64,000 bases of DNA from an uncultured virus (IMG/VR IMGVR_UViG_2740892251_000001) (IMGVR_UViG_2740892251_000001); one strand, 5' to 3'. Positions 39,178 through 48,212 are shown, numbered from the stretch's first letter. Notes: generated by a model not told the origin, from the letters alone. Translations and numbers: made by a program.

Positions 39178-39522
39178 TCATGATTTTAATTTAGTCTCAT
39201 GCCACCCAAGAGTTTGCCAGCATTTAATTTCACCGATAAATGCACAGCCCTGACTATCACCGGGCAAAGCATCGTCACACTTACCGCACTTTCGCCCTGC
39301 TTGCTCCTTGAGCAGTGCTTGTAACTCTGCATTATCTTTTCGTATCAGCATGGTTATGTATTCGTCCATGTCATATGGTTCACGCTGTGGCCGACGTAGG
39401 GCGCAGTTCTGACGTAGCATATCAACTTCTTGCCCATCGAGTTTTAGCTCAAACTTAACGATGCCATTAACAGCTTGGCGCATCCGTTGTGCCTGCTTAC
39501 GTTCTGTCGCTGACTTAGCCAT
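39178..39522 (-). CDS. Hypothetical Cys-rich protein; homologue of 60834..61193
   Basis: ERKQAQR...EYITMLIRKD...CGKC...LPGD..GC.....CWQT.G. Confidence 0.8.
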   Translation of the reverse strand: MAKSATERKQAQRMRQAVNGIVKFELKLDGQEVDMLRQNCALRRPQREPYDMDEYITMLIRKDNAELQALLKEQAGRKCGKCDDALPGDSQGCAFIGEIKCWQTLGWHETKLKS

Positions 39523-39738
39523 TATCATCACCCTCTGGCTTGGTTACTGCATTATATTTCCCCTGCCACTCTAAACATTCCCGTTCGTAGTGCTTTGCTG
39601 TGCGCCGGTTTTATTGGCTGAGGCCACCAGCTCCGCTATACGATCAGCAATACTGTTTAGCACCTCACTTTCACGCGGTTCCACTCTCTCGGCCGCTGAA
39701 CGAATTGCAGCAATCATGCCATCGGTTGAAATATTCAT
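39515..39738 (-). pseudogene. Small gene with probable 1-nt deletion in an A-run (~39610)
   Basis: MNISTDGMIAAIRSAAERVEPRESEVLNSIADRIAELVASANK stops at 39571; the shifted frame ends TAA overlapping the next ATG. Confidence 0.5.
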
Positions 39739-39986
39739 TTGGTCTCGCCTCTGTGGTCTCTACGGTCACGCCAGTAATTTAAGCGCTGTTTAAAAAATTC
39801 CCGATAATGCACCGGTACCCGTTCAATCGCTTCCAGTACGTGGGCGCGGTGGGTTCTACGCTCGTATAGGTTTTTGATTAAGCCGCTGACTCTCAGATCA
39901 AGATTCTGTTTGTCCTGATATTCCTGAGGCCAGAGGCAAATGTTGTACGGGAGTCCGGGCGGGAGATAATCCGATTGCCCGACCAT
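39735..39986 (-). CDS. Hypothetical protein
   Basis: Coupled ORF; MVGQSDYLPPGLP. Confidence 0.7.
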   Translation of the reverse strand: MVGQSDYLPPGLPYNICLWPQEYQDKQNLDLRVSGLIKNLYERRTHRAHVLEAIERVPVHYREFFKQRLNYWRDRRDHRGETK

Positions 39987-39988
39987 GG

Positions 39989-40411
39989 TTACGCCCTCGA
40001 CTCAGCCGCCAGGCGTTTCATGATGTTGGGTTCGCTGGGGAGTGGCCCGGCTTTTACTTTGTTGAGTAGTTCCAGTCTTACCGGGGTATCTGCTTTAAGA
40101 ATGTGCTCAACTCTATCCAGTGGCATTTTTAGCATGACTGAAATACGTTGCGGGGAACGGCCAAGGCGCTGTAATTCATAAATACAGGTCATAACGCGGC
40201 GACCATAGCTAATACGGTTGCCGATTTTCACCATAGCACCATGTTCAATGACAGGTTCAGCCACCTTATCCAGCTTTGGTGCGGGAACATATGGGACACG
40301 CAGACGAGCGCGAGCTGCTTGATTGATACGATCAATTATTGCCGGGCCGTGGTCGCAGCCATCGTCAATTACCGGACGTTTTTCATTGATGTATTCATTG
40401 ATTGTATGCAT
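39989..40411 (-). CDS. Hypothetical protein with possible HTH
   Basis: LQRLGRSPQRISVMLKMPLDRVEHIL; GAGG RBS. Confidence 0.7.
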   Translation of the reverse strand: MHTINEYINEKRPVIDDGCDHGPAIIDRINQAARARLRVPYVPAPKLDKVAEPVIEHGAMVKIGNRISYGRRVMTCIYELQRLGRSPQRISVMLKMPLDRVEHILKADTPVRLELLNKVKAGPLPSEPNIMKRLAAESRA

Positions 40412-40454
40412 GGTCTTGCCTCTTTGGGTTAGTTCACTCGCTGGTCAGGCGCGA

Positions 40455-41828
40455 TTAAAATTTAGGTGTTGAATAACTCTTTTCTTTGGCCGGTGGCCTT
40501 GATGCCTCTTTCGCTATTCGGCTGGCTTCCTTTGCCACCAGCTGATCCACCGGCAGAAAGTGGCCGTTTTTAAATTCCTGATAAACGGTGCCGGGCTCGC
40601 CAAATCGGTTCTTGGTTACAATGGCCTCGGCAAATCTGGCCGCCGGACTATCGGCGTTATAAACCGCCTCTCGATACAACATAATGATGCTGTCAGCATC
40701 CTGCTCGATTGAACCGGAGTCTCTGAGATCGGAACTGATGGGCCTGCGGCTACCCGGTGGCCGTTCATCCACTTTGCGTGATAACTGGCTAAGGGCAAAA
40801 ATCGGGGTATTTATTCGACCGGCCAGTGTTTTTAAGCCGCGTGAAATGATGCCGACTGATAGATCATTACGCTCCGCCTTGGGTTTGGTAATCAGGCCAA
40901 GATAATCAACCATCACCATTCTTAATTGTGGGTACCGGCGCTTGTGTGTTTCGGCGATAGCCCGTATCTGATCGATGGTCAGTTCGCTGGCATCAACAAT
41001 CCAAATATCACGGCCATTCAATGCCTGTAGTGCGGAGTTAATGCGCGCCCAGTCCTCATCACATAAGGTTTTAGGGTCGCGCAATTTTGATACTGGCAAA
41101 TTACCGGCCCCGGCAACGGAACGCTCTACCATCTGTAGGGAAGCCATTTCCATACTGAATATCAGCGCCCCGCCGCCGTTCTGTGTGGCTCCCTCAACAA
41201 TCTTCAACGCAAACTCGGTCTTACCCATCCCCGGACGCCCGGCGATAACCACCAAGTCCTGCGGGTTAAAGCCACCGGTGATGGCATCCAGCTCAACTAT
41301 GCCGCTTTGCAGGTTCATTGACTCAATTTCACCATTCATGCGCTTATCCAGCATGTCCATATAGCCGGGCAATAAGTCATTTAGATGCACCGGGATAATG
41401 CCGCCGCTATCTGCCGTCATATCAATTAGCTGTGTTACCGCGCCCTGTATCACCTGATCGCGCTGTTCCTGATTGTTCGCCCCTCGGATGCCGTCAGCCG
41501 CGGTCTGAAATAATGCGGTCATGGTGCGGCTATACCAAATCTTACGGGCATAGGCGGCATAGCCTTTCAGGTTTGCCACGTTGCCCGGCATACGGACAAT
41601 TTCAGATAGCGTAGCCAGACTACTACCGCCCAGCGCCTCACTGACGAACAGGACATCGATCATCCCTTTGGTCAATGCCTGCTTTTTAATTTCCGCATAG
41701 GCAGAACGATAAATCCTGATGCTAAATGCCTCTTCCGGCAGAGTGGCAATAACCTCCAGCGCATCAGGGGTTGAGCCGCCATACAGCAGGCCGGATAGAA
41801 TGGCGGCTTCTAACTCTTGAGGTTTCAT
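40455..41828 (-). CDS. DnaB-like replicative helicase
   Basis: AGRPGMGKT, FSMEM, VDYLGL, LSQLSR, DLRDSGSIEQDAD, KNRFG. Confidence 0.96.
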   Translation of the reverse strand: MKPQELEAAILSGLLYGGSTPDALEVIATLPEEAFSIRIYRSAYAEIKKQALTKGMIDVLFVSEALGGSSLATLSEIVRMPGNVANLKGYAAYARKIWYSRTMTALFQTAADGIRGANNQEQRDQVIQGAVTQLIDMTADSGGIIPVHLNDLLPGYMDMLDKRMNGEIESMNLQSGIVELDAITGGFNPQDLVVIAGRPGMGKTEFALKIVEGATQNGGGALIFSMEMASLQMVERSVAGAGNLPVSKLRDPKTLCDEDWARINSALQALNGRDIWIVDASELTIDQIRAIAETHKRRYPQLRMVMVDYLGLITKPKAERNDLSVGIISRGLKTLAGRINTPIFALSQLSRKVDERPPGSRRPISSDLRDSGSIEQDADSIIMLYREAVYNADSPAARFAEAIVTKNRFGEPGTVYQEFKNGHFLPVDQLVAKEASRIAKEASRPPAKEKSYSTPKF

Positions 41829-42799
41829 AGCGCACCATCGCGGGTTTTTCTCAACACGTCCGGTTTCATCAAATAATCAAAATTGGCGCGCCAGTGGGAA
41901 CCATCATCACCACCGAAATAAAACACCGGAGCCTGTTCGCGGAACGCCTCGAAATAGCCCTGAAACGCTTCAAGGTCTTTGGTTTTGAGGTATTGGAGTA
42001 ATTCGCGGATAGCATGCTTACGGTCTTGATCGATTTCAGCCAGTGGCAAAACATCGCTGAACACACGGTTGTACGCAGCAATGACCGCATCGCAATCAAT
42101 CCGCCCTGCAGACTCAGACCATGCGCGGGCATCGGCCAGATAACCATCGAACCGATTCACGCGGCAGATATTCGCAGGTTTGGCATACTTGCCGTTACGG
42201 GGTTTCCATGTGCTAACCACCCAATGGGTCACCAATTGCAAATCAATCAGCGCATAGGCTTTGCGTGATTTGGTTGTTGTCAGCAAGATTTCAAATGGCC
42301 CAGGGTCTTCACATCGGGTGTGAGTGAGTTGGTTGTAATACGCCAACGCCCTTTCAGCGTCAGCGAGAATATTTTCAGTTCCCCCTTGAGGGGTAAGGGG
42401 TGTATTGGGATCTATGACTGATTCAAAAGAGTGACTGGTTCTGGGTGCAGCATTTGCACCACTGACCGGTGCACCGTTTGCACCAGAGGGTGCAGGAGAT
42501 TCACCATAGGGTGCAGCATTTGCACCAGCGGAATTTAAGCGCAGGTGATAAACATTTGAGCGATTTAAGCCATTTTCAGATTTACGCTCTTCAATCCTAA
42601 CCAGCCCATTTTTTACCAGTTTTTGGATATGATTCTGTACCGAGCGTTCGGATATTTCACACTGTTCGGCAATGTAGGGAACCGATGGCCAGCACTCGCC
42701 CTGATCGTTGGCATTGTCGGCTAATTTTATCAGTACCAATTTACGTAACGGGTTGCCAACTTTAATACTCATGGCCTTAGCCATTAGATTCATGCTCAT
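41825..42799 (-). CDS. Replication initiator (O-like, N-terminal HTH)
   Basis: KLVLIKLADNANDQGECWPS; C-terminal WRANFDYLM; internal iterons. Confidence 0.9.
   Translation of the reverse strand: MSMNLMAKAMSIKVGNPLRKLVLIKLADNANDQGECWPSVPYIAEQCEISERSVQNHIQKLVKNGLVRIEERKSENGLNRSNVYHLRLNSAGANAAPYGESPAPSGANGAPVSGANAAPRTSHSFESVIDPNTPLTPQGGTENILADAERALAYYNQLTHTRCEDPGPFEILLTTTKSRKAYALIDLQLVTHWVVSTWKPRNGKYAKPANICRVNRFDGYLADARAWSESAGRIDCDAVIAAYNRVFSDVLPLAEIDQDRKHAIRELLQYLKTKDLEAFQGYFEAFREQAPVFYFGGDDGSHWRANFDYLMKPDVLRKTRDGAL
42444..42526. repeat. Replication origin: four 17-bp palindromic iterons
   Basis: GGTGCA-N5-T(G/T)CACC at 42444, 42468, 42489 and 42510 (spacing 24/21/21) inside the initiator gene. 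Confidence 0.85.
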
Positions 42800-42801
42800 A
42801 G

Positions 42802-43026
42802 TCAGATCCCCAGCGCTGCGGCTATTTGCCGACAGGCAGACTGATAATCGTCGGGCGATAGATTCATCAGGCACAGGTCAGCTTTCTTCTGCTCGTACTG
42901 CTCCCACACGCTATATGCGGCTACCTGACGCCCGGCAAAAATAGGGGCGATGTCAGCCATACTTGCCGGTTGGCCGTTAAGCCGGAATCCGTTGCGCCAG
43001 GTGATTTTGTCGATAGATGTAAGCAT
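42802..43026 (-). CDS. Hypothetical protein directly upstream of the initiator
   Basis: 74 aa with GAGG RBS; stop 2 nt before the initiator ATG. Confidence 0.75.
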   Translation of the reverse strand: MLTSIDKITWRNGFRLNGQPASMADIAPIFAGRQVAAYSVWEQYEQKKADLCLMNLSPDDYQSACRQIAAALGI

Positions 43027-43042
43027 TGGTCTTGCCTCTGTT

Positions 43043-43507
43043 TTATACGGTGGTCAGCCGGTGGTGTTGTGGTCTGATTGCGTGAAGTGCCGCAACAGCG
43101 CCCGATATTCTTTGTGACATGTCACAGCCATCTAATAGAACCGCGCTAATTGCTGCGGCAAACTCTCGGCTGGCAATCGAAACCAAATAATTCACGGTCT
43201 CGCCATTCACCCTGGCCCGCCGTTCTGCCGGGAGTGCCGCTTTAAGTACCGGTGATAATTCCAAGACCTTGCGCATTGATGCTTTTGAATCCCCGCGCAG
43301 CCAACGAAATAACTGCTGCCGGTTGTTGTTAATAGACTTCCAATCAGCGCCGCCCTGCCCGTTTTCAATGGGAGTGAGACGAACTGAACCGGTGTTGATA
43401 TTGAGCAAGAAAAAAATTCTGCTGATCTCGATAGCTACATGCTCCTGCCCCCGCTCTGCCGCCCACGCCTGAACTTCGGCTTTAAGCGCTTTGATTTCTT
43501 GTTCCAC
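43043..43507 (-). CDS. CII-like regulator (YdaT-type)
   Basis: Position after cro; WAAERGQ..VA.EI, NRQQLFRWL. Confidence 0.75.
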   Translation of the reverse strand: MEQEIKALKAEVQAWAAERGQEHVAIEISRIFFLLNINTGSVRLTPIENGQGGADWKSINNNRQQLFRWLRGDSKASMRKVLELSPVLKAALPAERRARVNGETVNYLVSIASREFAAAISAVLLDGCDMSQRISGAVAALHAIRPQHHRLTTV

Positions 43508-43567
43508 GTTGCGTCTCCTGTCGCAGGAAATTGATTATTGATAATCAGATTTGTGAGTGGGATTTGG

Positions 43568-43753
43568 TTAGGCTGCACTTCGATACATAGCGGGGTCATA
43601 TTTCAGTTCGCCATGAGTCATGCGTTCAATCTTCATTGCCTGTTTCTCAGGGATAATTGCCCCCCAACGGCAAACCGCTGGGTGCTTTATGCCTAAGGCC
43701 GTGGCGGTATTCACTACCCCACCAAAAAACTTGACGACATCTTTCTTGTTCAT
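43568..43753 (-). CDS. cro: Cro-like repressor
   Basis: VKFFGG..TATALGI..PAVCRWG..IPE. Confidence 0.9.
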   Translation of the reverse strand: MNKKDVVKFFGGVVNTATALGIKHPAVCRWGAIIPEKQAMKIERMTHGELKYDPAMYRSAA

Positions 43754-43780
43754 AGGAACTCCTTGTTTAACTCAGGATGA

Positions 43781-43847
43781 AAGGTAACAAAAGGTACATG
43801 ACAATGCAAACACTTTTCACCTCACTATGGCGTAACATTGGTTACAT
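43781..43847. promoter_or_regulatory. OR operators and pR
   Basis: GGTAACAAAAGGTACAT and CGTAACATTGGTTACAT; minus-strand TTGCAT-17-TACCTT. Confidence 0.65.
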
Positions 43848-44508
43848 GAAAAATGAAATGAATGACCGCATCCGTCTTCGCAGACTGCAGCTAGATCTCA
43901 CACAAGTCCAGTTAGCCAAAGCTATTGGGGTGAGCCGTGTATCAGTGACAAAATGGGAGTCAGGAATCACTAAACCAGATGGGGAGAATCTTCACCGGCT
44001 GGCGCAAATACTTTCATGCACGCCAGAGTGGTTACTCTATGGTACCGGAGATTTACGTCAGGTTGACGATACAAAGATAAAGCCCCTCGTCGCAACGCCT
44101 AATGCCATACCTGTTATCTCATCCGTTCAAGCCGGTGCCTGGACAGAAACCTACTCCGCCGCCCGTATTTCTGATGTTCTTAGATGGTGTAACACCACAG
44201 TGAAGGTTTCTGAAAACGCATTTGGGTTGGATGTTCGGGGTGAATCAATGACCAACCCCAACGGTTCTCCCTCTATCCCCGAGGGGTCTACCGTTATCGT
44301 AGAACCTAATTATGGTTCTATTGATGATTTGTACGGTAAAATAGTGGTCGCCATTATTGATGGCAGCTCCGAGGCCACCATTAAAAAGTTAGTTATTGAT
44401 GGCCCCAACAAATACCTAATGCCTTTAAATCCCAATTTCAAACCCATTGAAATCAACGGCAATTGCCGTATTCTCGGTCGCGTTGTTCAGGTCACCCAAG
44501 ACCTGTAA
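43846..44508 (+). CDS. cI: CI repressor (HTH + S24 autopeptidase)
   Basis: HTH LTQVQLAKAIGVSRVSVTKWE; VQAG cleavage site; GESM and TIKKL; ATG at 43846 may be leaderless. Confidence 0.95.
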   Translation: MKNEMNDRIRLRRLQLDLTQVQLAKAIGVSRVSVTKWESGITKPDGENLHRLAQILSCTPEWLLYGTGDLRQVDDTKIKPLVATPNAIPVISSVQAGAWTETYSAARISDVLRWCNTTVKVSENAFGLDVRGESMTNPNGSPSIPEGSTVIVEPNYGSIDDLYGKIVVAIIDGSSEATIKKLVIDGPNKYLMPLNPNFKPIEINGNCRILGRVVQVTQDL

Positions 44509-44513
44509 TCAAT

Positions 44514-44539
44514 AGCCCATCCCCCTGATGGGCTTTTTT
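44514..44539 (+). terminator. cI terminator
   Basis: AGCCCATC-CCCCT-GATGGGCT-TTTTT. Confidence 0.85.
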
Positions 44540-44549
44540 ATGCCTCTAG

Positions 44550-44604
44550 ATGTAACTATTAGAACACTTCCTTATTGACACAAAAGGTAACTATAGGTAC
44601 ATTC
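44550..44604 (+). promoter_or_regulatory. pL promoter with OL operators
   Basis: TTGACA (44575)-17-TACATT (44598); operators TGTAACTATTAGAACA and GGTAACTATAGGTACAT match the OR motif. Confidence 0.8.
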
Positions 44605-44631
44605 CTCTCATCAACACGGCACAGCAGCCGA

Positions 44632-44695
44632 TGCGAACAGGCAGGACGCCCACGAAGTAGCTGCCGGTGGCATACGAAACACCGGATGATTCGCA
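44632..44695 (+). ncRNA. Structured pL leader RNA (multi-stem junction)
   Basis: TGCGAA/TTCGCA closing stem, GGC-AGGAC-GCC and CCGGTG-GCATACGAAA-CACCGG. Confidence 0.5.
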
Positions 44696-44750
44696 AGTTT
44701 AGGTTTAGTACGTTCTGGCAGCTGGGAAGACAGCACCAAATTACAGACGT

Positions 44751-44870
44751 AAAAAAACCCACCGAAGTGGGCTTCTTTACCCCGGATCACCGACCAAAGT
44801 TAACCGGGAATTGCTAACGGGGACCAACCCGTTAACAGAGGCAAGACCAACGGCTTACGCCATCGACCTT
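44751..44870 (-). ncRNA. Candidate multi-target antisense sRNA
   Basis: Four hairpins with GUAA, UUGGUC, UUUGGUC and UUCG loops, U7 tail, extended -10 upstream; complementary to RBSs of early genes. Confidence 0.75.
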
Positions 44871-44876
44871 AAAATT

Positions 44877-44885
44877 AGTATATCA
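44877..44885 (-). promoter_or_regulatory. Extended -10 promoter for the sRNA
   Basis: Minus strand TG-A-TATACT, about 7 nt upstream of the first hairpin. Confidence 0.65.
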
Positions 44886-44894
44886 GGAGTTGCT

Positions 44895-45230
44895 ATGACA
44901 GCACTACAGATAACCACCACGCTCTATATCCATGTTAATCCGCATTCAGCATTGCAAGATAATCGTTTTATCGTGTGTACCAGTGACATGTCACAGTCCG
45001 CGCCAGCCTATGCGTTACTCGAAACCCGCGAAATCACTCTGACGTTCGACGAACCCGATCCATTTGAAATCATCGGTAAGCAGGTTGATTCACTACGTGC
45101 TCAGAAAGAACGAGTCGCGGCGGAATCATATCGGCATCAGTTGCTAATTGATGATCAAATTCAGGCGTTGCTCTGCATTGAGCACACCACGCCAGCAAAC
45201 GTCTCTGACGATAGCGACATTCCTTTTTAA
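44895..45230 (+). CDS. Hypothetical early protein
   Basis: AGGAG RBS; IDDQIQALLCIEH; ends DDSDIPF (SSB-like acidic tail). Confidence 0.75.
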   Translation: MTALQITTTLYIHVNPHSALQDNRFIVCTSDMSQSAPAYALLETREITLTFDEPDPFEIIGKQVDSLRAQKERVAAESYRHQLLIDDQIQALLCIEHTTPANVSDDSDIPF

Positions 45231-45285
45231 TTAGCCCTACATCAAAGACCAAGATCCGTTTAAAAAACAAAGAGGCAAGACCAAC

Positions 45286-47487
45286 ATGACTGTATTTATT
45301 TGCTTATTCGAGCCGAAAAAAGCGGCTGTCAAAAATGGGGCTATCCCATTGGTTATAGCGCTGGAAGCTATCAATAAGAAAATGGCATCCGCACTGGCCA
45401 TCGCTAAATTGTGGGAAGCCTACCCAGCCGCTGGCGATAACTTTGCTGATCCGAAAATCTGTGAGGATACCGTCGGGCAACCGCGCCCTGTGGTTGGTGA
45501 GTTCGACGAACAGTTCGCACAGGAGAATACTTTTGATGGCAAAGTATGGACGCCAAATACTGCGGCATTGTCAGAAGATGATGATGATGAGAACGACGAC
45601 GAACCCGCTGATGATGCCCGTTTAGTGAACTACGCCAAACTGGGCATCGATGTCAAAGTTGGCAAAATCCTAATGTATGACTTACGTGACATCGATACGC
45701 ACGAACTATCACTGGTATATGACCTGGTTAACGACGATGAGGGTGATGCCGGGCTACGTTCCATTATAACCGCGTTAGCAGGCATACCGGCTATAGGAGC
45801 AATGTACCAAGAATCAGTCAAAGAGCTGATCGACGCTATCAATATGAAATTCCCGAAAACACCTCAATTCCCAGAAGTTCGAAAATTCGCTCAAAAATGG
45901 GTTGATGAACCTAATAAGCGGGACGAGTTAACCGGAGCGAAAAAAGTCACCCGCATAGATACACCGGCCCCTGATGCGCCAATTAAACGCAGCTTTGAAC
46001 ACACATATAAAACGCTTGATCTCGAAGTTGCCCTCGCCCTGGTACCGGCTGATTTTAACTGCTGGGAAATCCATTCAGCAGAAATGAAGCAAGCAAAAGA
46101 GTTGATGGACAGTAATGATGATGCCTGGCGCAAATGGTCAACCGAATTACGCGTTCGTAGTGATGCGTTGTCTATTCCGCGTGAAACTATCTTTGAGATC
46201 ATTCGCGTGGGTAAAAAGAAACCTATCTTCCTGACCAATGCCGCCGCCAGAAAAGAATTTATCGCACAATGTATCGCCGTCAAAGGGCCACAGCCTGCGG
46301 TTAAAAATTTGGGGGACGGTAAGTTCTCTATTGATGGTCTGGTCGGTGGTGAACCCCAACCGGCGGCAAACAGTGAAACAAAACTGGCACTGGTTGCCAA
46401 TTCTGAGCCAGAAACTGAAACAAAACCGCCAATCGTTGCAACAGAACAGGAAAACCCCGCACAGGAACCCATCACCGATAACACCGCTCAACAGGCTAAA
46501 GAAACCCTAGAACAGTTGGGTTACAGCGTTTATGCCTCGGCTGATGAGAAGCCGGCAGAGGTTATTGATACGGCGCAACCAAGCACGGTTGCTAGCGTAG
46601 AAGTTACTGTTGATGAGTTCCAACACCGTGCCGGGTTGATTGAGCAAGAGATTGCGCAGAAGTCCCCTCAGGAACAAGAAAACCTGCATATCTGGAAATC
46701 GGTACAACGCACCGATCCACGCTTTACCAAACCTGTAGAGGGCGCGGGATATGTCGCTACCAGCATTAACGCTGAATATATGTTTATGCGGGCCACAGAA
46801 GTATTCGGCCCCATCGGTGAGGGTTGGGGCTATACCATTCTTGAAGAAAAGATGCTGCCAGGCGCGCCAATGTCCGAGGCTATTTACGACGATAACAAGA
46901 AATACATTGGCAACCGGCTTATTCGTGATGCCGATGGCACATTGATATGCGAACAAAATCACTCAATCAAAATTCAATTCTGGTATTCAATTGAGGGAGA
47001 AGTACGTGGCGAGATCGAAAGCTACGGAGCCACCCCTTACATGTATAAAACCAATAAAGGAATTAAGGCTGATAACGAGGTAATCAAAAAAAGCCTCACG
47101 GACGCCATTAAGAAAGCGCTATCTATGCTGGGCTTTAGCGCTGACGTATGGCTCGGCATGCACGATAACCCCGAATATATAGCAGAAAATAACATTGAGT
47201 TTGCTATCAAAAATGCCAGTGAAAAAGCCGGTGACTCCGTTCGCCTGCGCAAAGAGCTGGATGAGAAATTAACCAAAGTCGGCAATACCATTTCGAATGC
47301 CGTTACCACCAATGAAGTGAATAAGATATATAGCACCATTACGCGAGAAATCGACGTACACCGCAAAGATGCCGACGCCAAAGCTGACAAAGAATACGCC
47401 AATTACCTCAAAAACCGCCTGCTTGCATTACATCGCTTAACCGAACAACGGGTTGCCAAACTTAACGCACAGGAGCAAACAGCATGA
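45286..47487 (+). CDS. RecE-like N-terminal region fused to a Rad52/Sak-like annealing domain
   Basis: HTYKTLDLEVALAL (RecE N-region-like); RATEVFGPIGEGWG and KKSLTDAIKKALSMLGFSADVW (Rad52/22-like). Confidence 0.7.
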   Translation: MTVFICLFEPKKAAVKNGAIPLVIALEAINKKMASALAIAKLWEAYPAAGDNFADPKICEDTVGQPRPVVGEFDEQFAQENTFDGKVWTPNTAALSEDDDDENDDEPADDARLVNYAKLGIDVKVGKILMYDLRDIDTHELSLVYDLVNDDEGDAGLRSIITALAGIPAIGAMYQESVKELIDAINMKFPKTPQFPEVRKFAQKWVDEPNKRDELTGAKKVTRIDTPAPDAPIKRSFEHTYKTLDLEVALALVPADFNCWEIHSAEMKQAKELMDSNDDAWRKWSTELRVRSDALSIPRETIFEIIRVGKKKPIFLTNAAARKEFIAQCIAVKGPQPAVKNLGDGKFSIDGLVGGEPQPAANSETKLALVANSEPETETKPPIVATEQENPAQEPITDNTAQQAKETLEQLGYSVYASADEKPAEVIDTAQPSTVASVEVTVDEFQHRAGLIEQEIAQKSPQEQENLHIWKSVQRTDPRFTKPVEGAGYVATSINAEYMFMRATEVFGPIGEGWGYTILEEKMLPGAPMSEAIYDDNKKYIGNRLIRDADGTLICEQNHSIKIQFWYSIEGEVRGEIESYGATPYMYKTNKGIKADNEVIKKSLTDAIKKALSMLGFSADVWLGMHDNPEYIAENNIEFAIKNASEKAGDSVRLRKELDEKLTKVGNTISNAVTTNEVNKIYSTITREIDVHRKDADAKADKEYANYLKNRLLALHRLTEQRVAKLNAQEQTA

Positions 47488-47984
47488 GCAATACAGCTAT
47501 CGCATTAGCCGCAGACCTTTTCAAACTGCAACAGTTGGTTGAGTCCTCAGAGGAACTCACGCCAGAAATGATCGCCGATACGCTGGAGGGTTTAGAGGGG
47601 GCTTTGGGGGATAAGCTGGATGCAACCTATGTCTTTGTTCGTAACCTTGAGGGCCAGGCTAAAACCTGTGATGAGGAAGCTAAACGCCTGGCTGACCGGA
47701 AAAGGTCATTCGAGAATCGGGCCAAATCGATCAAACAATACGTCCTTAACTGTTTATTGGCCGCAGATAAGAACACACTTAAAACGCCGTATAACACATT
47801 CACCGCGCGTAAAGGTGTGGCCAGTGTGGTGATCGACAATGAGGATTTATTGCCCAGTGAATTGGTGACAGTGCAAACCACCGTAGCGCCCGATAAAAAG
47901 GCCATCAAGGAAGCCATAGAAAATGGTGTTGATGTTAAAGGTGCGCATATCGAGATAGGTAGCCGTAGCCTGCAGGTTCGCTAA
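47484..47984 (+). CDS. Siphovirus Gp157-family protein
   Basis: IADTLEGL, EAKRLADRKRS.EN, PDKKAIKEAI..G..V.GA. Confidence 0.9.
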   Translation: MSNTAIALAADLFKLQQLVESSEELTPEMIADTLEGLEGALGDKLDATYVFVRNLEGQAKTCDEEAKRLADRKRSFENRAKSIKQYVLNCLLAADKNTLKTPYNTFTARKGVASVVIDNEDLLPSELVTVQTTVAPDKKAIKEAIENGVDVKGAHIEIGSRSLQVR

Positions 47985-48029
47985 TTTCATCCCGCCCCAA
48001 ACCAACGGGGCATTACTGAGGCAACACCC

Positions 48030-48212
48030 ATGCTAAAGCGTACTCACAAACGCGGTGAAAAGTCCTATATCACGCTCCCCGATGGACGAACGGGAACTAT
48101 CCACACTGATCGCCGTTGTGATGTTCACTACGATTTTCCGGTAGATGTTCGAATTAGCAGCACTCCACCGCAGAAAGCACCCGAAAAATTGATTTTGCAT
48201 AATCAGAAATAA
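48030..48212 (+). CDS. Small protein, possibly CsrA-like fold
   Basis: ML..T.K.GE...I.......P.DVRI pattern; GAGG RBS. Confidence 0.55.
   Translation: MLKRTHKRGEKSYITLPDGRTGTIHTDRRCDVHYDFPVDVRISSTPPQKAPEKLILHNQK

Noticed and set aside
44751..44870. Mini CRISPR array or plus-strand CsrB-like sponge
   Set aside because: The repeats are only 6 nt, with no spacers or cas genes. Tetraloops, G-U pairs and the U-tail favour a minus-strand RNA. A protein-binding role is not fully excluded.
44559..44894. Short ORFs 44559..44762, 44575..44817 and the TTG extension from 44811
   Set aside because: No RBS; they overlap pL, operators and RNA structures. The real start is ATG 44895.
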